NCBI GenBank assembly: GCA_963717505.1
Contig: OY970342.1
Coordinates: forward strand, 992,001-1,056,000
Direction of reading: 5' to 3'
From: Candidatus Eiseniibacteriota bacterium
GTDB lineage: Bacteria; Eisenbacteria; RBG-16-71-46
Length of the DNA: 64,000 bases
The notes under the pieces: model-generated
Told to the model about the DNA's origin: nothing
Databases searched by the model: none
The model's input: the letters and a program-made list of their open reading frames with translations, nothing else
Program-made: the position numbers and the translations under genes
Part shown: piece after piece, positions 1 through 9,611 of the stretch
Layout: each line of letters opens with the position of its first letter
How positions within the stretch are numbered: position 1 is the stretch's first letter

Positions 1-2
1 CG

Positions 3-374
3 GCCCATCTCATGGCGAAAGCCCTGGCTGAGGCTGGGGCCATCGAGCACCTGATCGGTGCGGCTCGCGACTGGGGAAAGCGGTTGGCCTGCGACCTGGC
101 GGCGAGCGCCCGCGAGCTGCTGCCGATGAAGCGCGCCACCCACGCGCTGGAGGCCTGCGGCTTCGAACCTCGCTCGAAGCCGTGCGGAACGGTGGTCCTG
201 CACAACTGCCCTTTCGCCTCGCTGCGCCGGGATCGCAAAGAGGTCATCTGCAACATGAACCTTGCCCTGGTTCTGGGCCTGCTCGAAGGGTTGGAGCTCC
301 GCGGAATCGAGGCGCGGCTCACTCCCAGCCCGGACGCCTGTTGCGTGACGCTGGTCGATCAACCGAAGGAATAG
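3..374 (+). CDS. C-terminal part of a predicted ArsR/SufR-like HTH transcriptional regulator (5'-truncated by window edge)
   Basis: Frame is open to the window start; LHNCPF...VICNMNLALVLGLLEG...CCV Cys pattern typical of the C-terminal effector domain of this family. Confidence 0.7.
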   Translation, partial: AHLMAKALAEAGAIEHLIGAARDWGKRLACDLAASARELLPMKRATHALEACGFEPRSKPCGTVVLHNCPFASLRRDRKEVICNMNLALVLGLLEGLELRGIEARLTPSPDACCVTLVDQPKE

Positions 375-401
375 TCCCCGCCGCGGAGCGGGCTTGGATC
401 A

Positions 402-1580
402 CTAGACGCGCTCGAACAACACCGCCATCCCCTGTCCGCCGCTCACGCACAGGGTCGCGATCCCGTAGCGGCCCTTGATGCGCTCCAGCTCGGACAGCAG
501 CTCGACGACGATGCGCGCGCCGCTGCAGCCGGTCGGATGGCCGAGCGCGATCCCGCCACCATTCGGATTCAAGCGCTCACGATCGAACTCGAGCTCGCGG
601 TCGCAGGCCAGGACCTGTGCGGCGAACGCCTCGTTGAGCTCGACCACGTCGACCTGGCTCAGCGACAGGCCGTGGCGGTCGAGCAGCTTGCGCACCGCGG
701 GCACCGGACTGATGCCCATGCGCGCCGGGTCGACGCCGACCGAGGTGTAGCCGAGCAGCGCCCCGAGAGGCTCGGCGCCGTGGCGCTTGGCTGCGGCTTC
801 CGACAGCACCACGATCGCCGCGGCGCCGTCGGTGATCGCGGAGGCGTTGGCCGCGGTGATCGTGCCGTCCTTCTTGAACACCGGCCGGAGCTTCGCCATC
901 TCCTCGAGCGAGGCATCGGCGCGGAAGTGCTCGTCGCGTTCGACCGCGGTCGCGCGCTTGCCTTCGCCAACCGTCACCGGGACGATCTCGCGCGCGAAGC
1001 GCCCTTCGCTCCATGCGCGCGCTGCACGCTGATTGCTGGCGAGCGCGTAGCGGTCCTGCTCCTCGCGCGGAATGCCGTATTCGACCGCCAGCGTTTCGGC
1101 GGTCTCGCCCATCAACTGGTTGCACAGCGGGCACAGGTAGCCATCACGGTACATGCTGTCGACCAGCGTTTCGTCGCCGAGCTTCTTGCCCCAGCGCACG
1201 TCGAGCGCCAGGAACGGCACGCTCGACATGTGCTCGGTGCCTCCCGCAAGCACGACGTCGGCATCGCCGAGGCGGATGCTCTGCGCCGCCGACACGATCG
1301 ACTGGAGGCCCGAGGCGCATGCTTTGTTGATCGTGTACGCCGGAACCTCGTCGGGAAGTCCGGCGCGGCGTCCGATCTGGCGCGCGATGTTGGGGCCGTT
1401 GCCGGCCTGGCGCGCGCAACCGAAGATCACTTCGTCGAACGCCGCGGCGGGCACCCGCGAGCGCTCGACCGCGGCGCGAGCCGCAGCGCCGCCCAGGGCG
1501 GCAGAGCTGGACTGGGCCAGTGCGCCGCCGAAATTGCCGATCGGAGTTCGTGTGGGTGCGGTGAGCAGGACTCGCGTCAT
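402..1580 (-). CDS. Acetyl-CoA C-acetyltransferase (thiolase)
   Basis: RTPIG start, NKACASG (catalytic Cys), NEAFA, GHPTG, CVSGGQG motifs; ATG at 1580 overlaps the upstream stop (ATGA). Confidence 0.95.
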   Translation of the reverse strand: MTRVLLTAPTRTPIGNFGGALAQSSSAALGGAAARAAVERSRVPAAAFDEVIFGCARQAGNGPNIARQIGRRAGLPDEVPAYTINKACASGLQSIVSAAQSIRLGDADVVLAGGTEHMSSVPFLALDVRWGKKLGDETLVDSMYRDGYLCPLCNQLMGETAETLAVEYGIPREEQDRYALASNQRAARAWSEGRFAREIVPVTVGEGKRATAVERDEHFRADASLEEMAKLRPVFKKDGTITAANASAITDGAAAIVVLSEAAAKRHGAEPLGALLGYTSVGVDPARMGISPVPAVRKLLDRHGLSLSQVDVVELNEAFAAQVLACDRELEFDRERLNPNGGGIALGHPTGCSGARIVVELLSELERIKGRYGIATLCVSGGQGMAVLFERV

Positions 1581-2596
1581 GTCCACCGGCGGAAGAACAG
1601 GGCTTCCTTGGCGATCGGCTCGGTGCGCGCGGTCAGCGCCGCCATTTCATTCGCGTTGATGGGATTGAACGAGCGGGCGAGCGCGATGTTCTCCTCGAGC
1701 TGAGCGATCGAATCGCAGCCGACGATCACGGTGCTCACCGGCAACGACAACACGTAGTCCATCGCCTGGCGCATGGTGATCCGGCCCTTGCCGCTCCCCG
1801 AGTGCGGCGCGGTCGAGATCAGCCGTCCGCGTGCCGGGACCTTCATGCCGATGATTCCCATTTTCTTCTCGACCGCCATCGGCAGCAGCTCGGATGCGAA
1901 ACTCAGGTGGTGCGGATCGGCGGCATTGAGCGCCATCAGGATGGTGTCGAACGGAAAGCGATGAATCGCCTCTTTCAGCACGTCGGGATCAGCATGCCCG
2001 GTGACGCCCAGGAAACGCACGATCTTCTGCTCGCGGGCCTGCAGCAGCGCTTCGACCGCGCCGCCGGGCGCGAAGATCCGATCGACCTGTTCCATTCGCT
2101 CGAGGTTGTGGATCTGCCACAGGTCGAGGTGGTCCGTCTGCAGCAGCTCGAGCGACTTCTCGAGCAATCTCAATGAACCGTCGCGCGTGCGGTCGTGCGT
2201 CTTGGTCGCGAGGAACGCTTCCTTGCGACGCCGCACCATGACCTCGCCGATGTAGCGTTCGCTCCAGCGCTCGTCCCCGCCGTAGCGTGCCGAGGTGTCG
2301 ATGTAGTTCACGCCCAGGTCGAGCGCACGATCGATGATCGGCACCGCGACGTCGGCGTTGTGGACTTCCTCGATCGCGCTCTGGCCACCGAGGCTGAAGA
2401 GGCCGACGCGGTATCCGGTCTGTCCCAGATTGCGCGTGGGCATTTCGGGCTTGGCGGCCGGAGCGACTTTCTTCGACGGCGTTTCCGCGGCGTTGGCGAG
2501 ATTTGCTGCCAGGAAGCCGAGGCCCCCGGCGGTGCCCAGCTTGAGGAAGCCGCGGCGGTCGAGACCCTGGGCGTCACGGGGTTCTTGCTTGCTCAT
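1577..2596 (-). CDS. Tat-exported aldo/keto reductase
   Basis: DRRGFLK twin-arginine signal; GVNYIDTSARYG, ATKT, LQTDHLDLWQIH motifs. Confidence 0.9.
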   Translation of the reverse strand: MSKQEPRDAQGLDRRGFLKLGTAGGLGFLAANLANAAETPSKKVAPAAKPEMPTRNLGQTGYRVGLFSLGGQSAIEEVHNADVAVPIIDRALDLGVNYIDTSARYGGDERWSERYIGEVMVRRRKEAFLATKTHDRTRDGSLRLLEKSLELLQTDHLDLWQIHNLERMEQVDRIFAPGGAVEALLQAREQKIVRFLGVTGHADPDVLKEAIHRFPFDTILMALNAADPHHLSFASELLPMAVEKKMGIIGMKVPARGRLISTAPHSGSGKGRITMRQAMDYVLSLPVSTVIVGCDSIAQLEENIALARSFNPINANEMAALTARTEPIAKEALFFRRWT

Positions 2597-2800
2597 GAGG
2601 TGCCTCGGTCGTGGATGGTGTGACGTGGCCGGCTCATTCTAGCGCCATCCCGGGCAGCGAACACACCGCCCGCGGCGGGTGGCTCATGCGAGGCGGCCGC
2701 CCTACCAGGCCCCGGCACCGCGAAAACCGTGGACGCTAGGGTTGCGGCTGTGCTCTGCTCTTGGTGGGTCTTCTGTCACGCCCCTACCCCCGAGAGCCGC

Positions 2801-5800
2801 ATGTCCACTCGATCCGTCCTCCGCTGGTCCGCCCTGGCTGGGTTGCTGCTGTTGCATTCGCCCGTCGAGGCAAGGGGCAACCGCCTCGGTCTCCCGCGAA
2901 TCCACACGACGGACATCGCGCGCCGCATCGACGCCAATCAGATCAACATGTGCGCGACGAACGTCGGCTCGTTCGCATTCAACCTGTCCACCGGAGACGC
3001 CGGACTCGAGTACCCGAAGGGCTCTGGCATCACGTCGATCTTCGCCGCGGGATTGTGGATGGGCGCGCGGGTCGGCGGCGAGACGCGCGTGGTGGTCGCC
3101 GAGTACTCACAGGAATTCGGTCCGGGCGCGATGTCGGGCGGAACGTTCACCGATCCCTCGCTGCCCGCCTACCGCGTGTACAAAGTCGCGCGGTGGTCCG
3201 GCGATCCGCAAGACAGCGCTCATGTCGATCGTGTGGCTCCCGGCCCTTTCGAGGACCCGCTCGTTCATGACTCCTGGAGCGAGTACATGGCTGGTGCCGT
3301 TCCGTTCGGCGCCCCGTGGCGCCTGCATCGACTGCCCGACCTGAACACGCCAGCGCCCGACGACTCGGTCGACGTTCCCGGCCCCGAGGTTCTCGGCGAC
3401 CAGATGCTGTGGACCGTTTACAACGACGCGAATCCCTCGAACCATTACAACAATGCCGGCAACTCGCCGCCTCTTGGCATCGAAGTGCAGCAGTTCGTCT
3501 GGGCCTTCAACCAGTCCGGCGGGCTGGGGCGAACGGTGTTCATGAAGTTCAAAATCATCAACAAGGGCGGCAACTCTCTCGAGGACGCGTACGTCTCCCT
3601 GTGGAGCGATCCCGACCTGGGGGGCGCGGCCGGCTTTACCGACGACCTCGTCGGTTGCGACACAACGCTCGATCTCGGCTACGTCTACAACGCGACCAAC
3701 AACGATGGCGGCTATGGATCCTCGCCGCCGGCGTGCGGATTCGTGCTGCTTCGCGGCCCGGCGACCGGCTCAGACACGCTGCGCATGACGGCCTTCACCA
3801 AGTACATCAATGGCACCGACCCGACTGCGAACCTCGATTCCTACAACCACATGCAGGGTTTGTTCGCCGACGGTAGCCCGATCGTCGATCCGACCACTGG
3901 GTTCGAGACGCGCTTCATGCACTCGGGCGAGCCCGTGTCCGGAATGGGGTGGCTGGATTCGAATCCCGCCGATCGCAGGATGATGGTTTCGTCCGGGCCA
4001 TTCCACATGGCCCCCGGCGACACTCAGCAGGTCGAGTACGCGATCGCGATCGGCCAGGGCAGCAATCGGCTCGCTTCGATATCGGACCTCAAGACGCTTG
4101 CCGCAGAGCTCAAGGACCTGGTGCCACCGCCACCACCGCCTACTGCGCTCAACTGCCCGCGGGACCCAGATTACTGGAGCGTGCAGTGCGATCCCTCGGA
4201 AGCCGAACTCAGTTCCAGCGCCGTGGATTCGATCGCCGCGTACGTGAATCAGGGATCTCTGCTATTCGACTGGTTGGCGCCGCGAAACGAATTCTGCGCG
4301 GCGATTACTCCTGCCGAGCCGGTGGACCTCCGTGCCCAGGCGAAGCGCGAGTTCGCGGCGTTACTGGCGAACTACGGCGCCGGCGTGCTCGACATCGTCC
4401 CCCCGGGCGGCTCGACCATCGAGCTGCAGCCGCAAACACCCATCTCCTGTCCCGGCATGGCCGCCGTCAACATCGAGGGGCTGGTGGCGATCGCCACGCC
4501 GAGTATCAGCGTGCGAAGTGCGGACTACCTCGATCTCAATCCCGACCATCGGCGGGCTCTCGAGGGGCTGGACTGGGGAGGCGCCGGGTTCGGAGGCGGC
4601 GCGGCAACCTTGTGGGAATTCTTCGGTTCGAGCCTCGATCCCCTGGCACATCCCGACTCCTTCGTCACCGTCGAGATTCGTTTCTCGCCGACCGAGACTC
4701 AGTACGCCTACCGGTACTTGCGGCTCGAGCAGGTCGATGGTTCGCAGCCGGTCATCGGTCGCGGGTATCCATACGGTGGCTTCCGCACCGTCCCCTTCCA
4801 GGCGTGGGATGTGCGCAACAACGTCCAGCTCGACGTTGCGTTCGTCGAGCGCACGATCACCGACGCCGACGGCACGATCCTGCCCCCGGCTCAGCAGCCG
4901 GCGACGTTCGATTCGACCTGGATGCCTTCGTCGGATCCGCTGGACCGCGAGTATCTGATCGTGATCTCGCGACCCTATGGAGACGCCGCCAAGGCCGAGT
5001 TGGCCATCGACGGCCTGCCGATCAGCGGGGTGATGCCCGGGCTCTATGTTCTGTGGTCGTATCTGCGTACCCCCGACGACGTGATCGACGACGGCGACGC
5101 GTTCGAATTCGTCTGGTCGCCCTACAGCGGCCCCGGCGTCGACACGCGACTGCTCGAGCTCGAGGGCGAGCCCCTGTCCGACCCGTCGGTGGAAGCCGCG
5201 TACGCCGAGATCATCGCGTGCGTCGGCAATGTCAACCGCGGCATCGGGCTGGAGAACCCGTGCGACAAGGTGACGCCCGTCCTGGTGTCGCTGGTTGACG
5301 CGTTCGCGGAACCCACCGGCGTCACGCTCGCGTGGCAGGTGTCGGGCACGGGACTTCCGGTCGTCCTCGAGCGCCGCGAGTCGCACGGCGACTGGGCTCC
5401 CGTGGCGATCCTCAGCGCCGACGGCACCGGGATGATCCGCTACCTGGATCGTGACGTTCTCCCCGGCAACCGCTATGGCTATCGCCTCCAGTTCGACAGC
5501 GACGGCGTCGTGGTGACGCAAGGCGAAACCTGGTTGGACGTTCCGGTTCGCGATGCCCTGGCGCTCGCAGGCTTCGTCCCGAATCCGGCGTCTCGGAACC
5601 CGTCGGTCGAATTCCTTCTGCCCTCACGCGATCGAGCGCGACTGGAGCTGTTCGACGTGCAGGGACGCAGGATGCTCACCCGCGAAGTCGGCCAGCTCGG
5701 GCCGGGCCGTCACGTGATCTCGCTGGAAGGCGCGGTCCAGCTGGCGCCGGGAACCTACTTGATCACGCTCACCCAGCGGGGACAGACGACCCGCCGCAAG

Positions 5801-5818
5801 GGCGTCGTCGTCCGCTAG
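2801..5818 (+). CDS. Large secreted protein with FN3-like domain and C-terminal T9SS-A/FlgD-like sorting domain
   Basis: Signal peptide from ATG 2801 (MSTRSVLRWSALAGLLLLHSPVEA); GLEYPKGSG..IFAAGLW N-domain; YLDRDVLPGNRYGYRL; C-terminal PNP...LFDVQGR...PGTYLITL...VVVR. Confidence 0.75.
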   Translation: MSTRSVLRWSALAGLLLLHSPVEARGNRLGLPRIHTTDIARRIDANQINMCATNVGSFAFNLSTGDAGLEYPKGSGITSIFAAGLWMGARVGGETRVVVAEYSQEFGPGAMSGGTFTDPSLPAYRVYKVARWSGDPQDSAHVDRVAPGPFEDPLVHDSWSEYMAGAVPFGAPWRLHRLPDLNTPAPDDSVDVPGPEVLGDQMLWTVYNDANPSNHYNNAGNSPPLGIEVQQFVWAFNQSGGLGRTVFMKFKIINKGGNSLEDAYVSLWSDPDLGGAAGFTDDLVGCDTTLDLGYVYNATNNDGGYGSSPPACGFVLLRGPATGSDTLRMTAFTKYINGTDPTANLDSYNHMQGLFADGSPIVDPTTGFETRFMHSGEPVSGMGWLDSNPADRRMMVSSGPFHMAPGDTQQVEYAIAIGQGSNRLASISDLKTLAAELKDLVPPPPPPTALNCPRDPDYWSVQCDPSEAELSSSAVDSIAAYVNQGSLLFDWLAPRNEFCAAITPAEPVDLRAQAKREFAALLANYGAGVLDIVPPGGSTIELQPQTPISCPGMAAVNIEGLVAIATPSISVRSADYLDLNPDHRRALEGLDWGGAGFGGGAATLWEFFGSSLDPLAHPDSFVTVEIRFSPTETQYAYRYLRLEQVDGSQPVIGRGYPYGGFRTVPFQAWDVRNNVQLDVAFVERTITDADGTILPPAQQPATFDSTWMPSSDPLDREYLIVISRPYGDAAKAELAIDGLPISGVMPGLYVLWSYLRTPDDVIDDGDAFEFVWSPYSGPGVDTRLLELEGEPLSDPSVEAAYAEIIACVGNVNRGIGLENPCDKVTPVLVSLVDAFAEPTGVTLAWQVSGTGLPVVLERRESHGDWAPVAILSADGTGMIRYLDRDVLPGNRYGYRLQFDSDGVVVTQGETWLDVPVRDALALAGFVPNPASRNPSVEFLLPSRDRARLELFDVQGRRMLTREVGQLGPGRHVISLEGAVQLAPGTYLITLTQRGQTTRRKGVVVR

Positions 5819-5822
5819 TCGG

Positions 5823-6950
5823 CTACTTCTTGCGGCCGCGGTTCGCCGCCGCGCGTTTGACCGGCTTGGTGCGACTCTTGGTCGCCACCGAGAGCTTCTT
5901 GGCCGCCAGTGTGCGGCGTTCGGCCTTGCGCAGTCGACCGATCGCAGGCCTGGTCTTGGCGCGTTCTGGGTCGTTCTTCTTCCGCGGCGCGAGTCGCGTG
6001 CGGTCGGGACCGGCGCCACGCACCGACTTGAGACGTGGCGTGTCCTCGGCGCGTTTCTTCGCCACAGAGGCCCGCGCCGCGGTCCGCGAGGCGCGAGTCA
6101 CCTTTGGCTTCTCTCGGTAGTCGGGGCGCAGCGCGACTCGACTCACGGCCTTGGAGCCCTTTGTCACCGGCTTGCGGATCCCGGCACGCCGCGGGGCGCC
6201 ATCGTCCTCGAAGGCCTCGGCCACCGCGGGCGGCGCGGGAATCACGCCGGCGGGTTCGCGGAACACGATCAGGTTGCCGTCGGGGTCCGTGATCTCGGCA
6301 TAGACGCCCAGGTCGCCATCGCCGGGTTCGGAAGTCAGTCGCACACCGCGGTCCTCGACCTCGCGCGACCAGACGTCCAAATCGTCGACGTCGAACGCGA
6401 GCGCCACGCTCTGGTGGGTGTGTGCCGGCGCATCGGGGCGCTCGGCCCGCGCCCGGACGATGATTCGGGAGCCGCCGGTTTCGAACTCGATCCAGTCGGG
6501 CAGCTCGGCCATCGGGGCGAGCCCGAGGCGATCACGGTAGAACATGGCCGTCGCCCCGAAGTCCCACGCGTTGACGATCACCGCGCCCAGCTCGGGCGCG
6601 CCCGAACCGGGGGCGGGCCGGGCCGGCTCGAGCAGCGTGACCAGGGTGCGTTCCGGATCGCGCATGTGGATCAGTCGCCCGAACGGCTCCTTACGGATCT
6701 CGTCGACGAATCGCATGCCGCGGCCGCGCAGTCGCTCGACGTCGGATTCCAGTCGGTCGGTGGCGAAGCACAACTCGTACTCCGGCTTCTGCTCGGGCTC
6801 GATCGCGAGCAGCGCGAAGCTGGACGAACCCGTGCGAAACGGGGTGAAGAACGGACTCTCGTTGCCAGGGGTGAGCCCGACCGCATCCCGGTAGAACTCG
6901 GTCATTCCATCCATATCGGAGGTGAACAGAATCGAATAGGCGAGCTTCAA
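5823..6950 (-). CDS. Double VOC/glyoxalase-domain protein with long Lys/Arg-rich C-terminal tail
   Basis: TTG start after GAGGGA RBS; two repeats of FYRD-x-x-GL ... DP(E/D); basic tail of about 120 aa. Confidence 0.75.
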   Translation of the reverse strand: MKLAYSILFTSDMDGMTEFYRDAVGLTPGNESPFFTPFRTGSSSFALLAIEPEQKPEYELCFATDRLESDVERLRGRGMRFVDEIRKEPFGRLIHMRDPERTLVTLLEPARPAPGSGAPELGAVIVNAWDFGATAMFYRDRLGLAPMAELPDWIEFETGGSRIIVRARAERPDAPAHTHQSVALAFDVDDLDVWSREVEDRGVRLTSEPGDGDLGVYAEITDPDGNLIVFREPAGVIPAPPAVAEAFEDDGAPRRAGIRKPVTKGSKAVSRVALRPDYREKPKVTRASRTAARASVAKKRAEDTPRLKSVRGAGPDRTRLAPRKKNDPERAKTRPAIGRLRKAERRTLAAKKLSVATKSRTKPVKRAAANRGRKK

Positions 6951-6960
6951 GAAATCCCTC

Positions 6961-8421
6961 TCATTCCACGCTGATCCAGACGCTCTTGACCTGGGTGACG
7001 TCGCGCAGGCTGTCCGGTCCCAGGTCGCGGCCGAAACCCGAGGCCTTGTAGCCGCCGAACGGAACACCGGCGTCGTAGAAGTTGTAGGTGTTGACCCAGA
7101 CGGTGCCGGCCTGGAGCCGGCGTGAGACCGAATGCGCCTTCTTGATGTCGCGCGTCCACACGCCGGCCGCGAGCCCAAAGGGTGTGTCGTTGGCGATGCG
7201 CACCGCATCGTCGACGTCGTCGAACGGAATCACGGCCAGCACCGGGCCGAAGATCTCCTCGCGCGCAACGCGCATGTCGTTGCGCACGCCGTCGAGCACC
7301 GTCGCCTGAACGAACCAGCCCTTGCCGTTGACCGGCTGGCGCTTGCCTCCGGCGACGACTTTCGCGCCTTCCTGGATGCCGGCCTCGACGTACCCGAGCA
7401 CGGTCTGCATCTGCTTCTCGCTGACCAAGGAACCCAGCCGGGTCTTGGGCTCGAGCGGATCGGCGGGCTGGAGCTTGGCCGCGCGCTCGGCGAGCTTGGC
7501 GACGAACTCGGCGTGGATGCCGCGCTCGACCAGCAGTCGCGAGCCGGCGGCGCACACCTCACCCTTGCCATAGAAGATGCCGGTCGAAGCACCGCGCACC
7601 GCGGCGTCGAGGTCGGCGTCGGCGAACACGATGTTCGGCGACTTGCCGCCCAGCTCGAGCGTGAGCTTCTTGATCGTGTCGGCGGCGGTCCGCATCAGGT
7701 GTTTGCCGACCTCGGTCGAGCCGGTGAACGAGATCTTGTCGATCCCGGGATGTTTCACCATCGCCTCGCCGGCCACCGAGCCCTTGCCGGGCAGGATGTT
7801 GAGCGCACCCGGCGGCAGACCGGCTTCGAGCGCCAGTTCACCGATACGGATGGCGCTGAGCGGCGTCAGCTCGGCGGGTTTGATGATGACGGTGTTGCCG
7901 GCGGCGAGCGCGGGCGCCGCTTTCCAGGCCACCATGATCATCGGGAAGTTCCACGGAATGATCGCGCCCAGGACCCCGAGCGGCTCGCGCAGCGTGTAGT
8001 TGAGGAACGCAGAATTCACGGGCAGAGTTTCGCCGGCGATCTTGGTCGCCCAGCCGGCGAAGTAGTGGAAGCAGTTTGCGACCATCGGGATGTCGACCTG
8101 GCGCGACTCGAAGATCGGTTTGCCGTTGTCGAGCGTTTCCAGGCGCGCGATGTCGTCGGCGTTCTGGAGGATCAGGTCGCCGAGCTTGAACAGCACTCGC
8201 TGGCGATCGGCGGGCTTCATCTTGGCCCATGGCCCCTCGAACGCGGCGCGCGCGGCCTGGACCGCCCGATCGACGTCCTCGACGCCGGCCTCGGCCACCT
8301 CACAGATCGGCTGCTCGGTCGCTGGATTCATCGTCGTGAACGTCCGGCCGGAGGCGGCGTCGACCGCCTTGCCGTCGAGAATCAGCTTGCCGGGCTTGAT
8401 CGCGGCGAGGGTTTCGGTCAT
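6961..8421 (-). CDS. NAD-dependent aldehyde dehydrogenase
   Basis: IIPWNFP, FTGSTEVG, LELGGKSP, GEVCAAGSR, EEIFGPV, PFGGYKASG. Confidence 0.95.
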   Translation of the reverse strand: MTETLAAIKPGKLILDGKAVDAASGRTFTTMNPATEQPICEVAEAGVEDVDRAVQAARAAFEGPWAKMKPADRQRVLFKLGDLILQNADDIARLETLDNGKPIFESRQVDIPMVANCFHYFAGWATKIAGETLPVNSAFLNYTLREPLGVLGAIIPWNFPMIMVAWKAAPALAAGNTVIIKPAELTPLSAIRIGELALEAGLPPGALNILPGKGSVAGEAMVKHPGIDKISFTGSTEVGKHLMRTAADTIKKLTLELGGKSPNIVFADADLDAAVRGASTGIFYGKGEVCAAGSRLLVERGIHAEFVAKLAERAAKLQPADPLEPKTRLGSLVSEKQMQTVLGYVEAGIQEGAKVVAGGKRQPVNGKGWFVQATVLDGVRNDMRVAREEIFGPVLAVIPFDDVDDAVRIANDTPFGLAAGVWTRDIKKAHSVSRRLQAGTVWVNTYNFYDAGVPFGGYKASGFGRDLGPDSLRDVTQVKSVWISVE

Positions 8422-8531
8422 TGGGGGGAAGGCCTTTCCAGGCGGGGCCCATTTGTGCCCCGGGCGTCTCGCCGGAGCGGATCGACATCCAGGCGCATCA
8501 TGGCCTGGGAGCGCTCCGTCTGTCGAGTGCC

Positions 8532-8559
8532 TTGCACGTTCTGGACAGGATGCTAGACT
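8532..8559 (+). promoter_or_regulatory. Putative sigma70 promoter for the cytochrome operon
   Basis: TTGCAC-16 nt-TAGACT with extended -10 TG, about 120 nt upstream of the decaheme gene. Confidence 0.45.
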
Positions 8560-8679
8560 GCCGGCGCTATCACCCTGCGGTTGTCATCGACCCTCTCGAT
8601 CAGCCGCCGGTCGAAACCGTCGGATCCCCTCAAGGCCGACCCAACGTAGCGCCAACCCTCCTCCCCTTGGAGGCGCGCC

Positions 8680-9600
8680 ATGCGTAAGGGTGCAGTCTTC
8701 ACGGCGGTACTCCTCGGCACCTCGACGCTCGCGTTGGTCTTCGCACGCGCTCCGCTCTCGCAGTCGGAAGCGAAGCCCGTCGGCGACGACGCCTGCATCG
8801 AGTGTCACGAGGCGCAGTATCTGAGTTTCCGGGCAGGTCCACACGGCCGCGCCGCCCACGATCCGGGCAACGCCACAGCTCCCGACTGCGAAACCTGCCA
8901 CGGTCCCGGATCGCTTCACGTCGAAGCCGACGGCGACAAATCGCTTCCGGGCTTCGCCACCATGAAGCGGTACGGCGACAAAGCGACCAACGCCCAGGCC
9001 ACCGAGCTGTGCCAGACCTGCCACAAGGGCGGCGAGCAGTCGTACTGGCAGCACAGCGCTCACTCGCGCAAAGGCGTGTCGTGCATCGAGTGCCACAGCA
9101 TGCACTCGGCCAAGGACCCCGGCGGCGAGAAGCAGCTCAAGGCGGAGACGCCCACCGAGATGTGCTTCACCTGCCACAAGACCAAGCAGTTCAAGCTCTC
9201 GCGCTCGGCCCACATGCCGCTGATCGAGGGCGGGATGAATTGCACCGAATGCCACAACCCTCATGGCTCGGCGGGACCCCATCAAATCCGCGCGGTGTCG
9301 AACAACGAGCTGTGCGAGAAGTGCCACGCCGACAAGCGCGGGCCGCTGTTGTGGGAACACGCGCCGGTGCGCGAGAACTGCGTGACCTGTCACGAACCGC
9401 ACGGCTCCAACAACGACAAGGTGCTGACGGGAAAGAAACCCTTCCTATGTCAGCGGTGCCACATCGGCACGCGACACCCGGCCACGCTCTACGACAATCC
9501 CGATCTGCAGAGCAATCGGCTCTTCAACCGCTCGTGCACGAATTGCCACTCGCAGATCCACGGCTCCAACCATCCTTCAGGGAAGTTCTTCCTGAGGTAG
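8680..9600 (+). CDS. mtrA: Periplasmic decaheme c-type cytochrome, MtrA/DmsE/PioA family
   Basis: Signal peptide; ten CxxCH (CIECH, CETCH, CQTCH, CIECH, CFTCH, CTECH, CEKCH, CVTCH, CQRCH, CTNCH); family-typical end CTNCHSQIHGSNHPSG; GGAGG RBS. Confidence 0.93.
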   Translation: MRKGAVFTAVLLGTSTLALVFARAPLSQSEAKPVGDDACIECHEAQYLSFRAGPHGRAAHDPGNATAPDCETCHGPGSLHVEADGDKSLPGFATMKRYGDKATNAQATELCQTCHKGGEQSYWQHSAHSRKGVSCIECHSMHSAKDPGGEKQLKAETPTEMCFTCHKTKQFKLSRSAHMPLIEGGMNCTECHNPHGSAGPHQIRAVSNNELCEKCHADKRGPLLWEHAPVRENCVTCHEPHGSNNDKVLTGKKPFLCQRCHIGTRHPATLYDNPDLQSNRLFNRSCTNCHSQIHGSNHPSGKFFLR

Positions 9601-9611
9601 CGGGGGCAGCC

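Noticed and set aside
8802-9611. N-terminal 270 aa of the 996-aa ORF 8802-11792
   Set aside because: Out-of-frame overlap with the decaheme gene; the porin signal peptide starts at 9612
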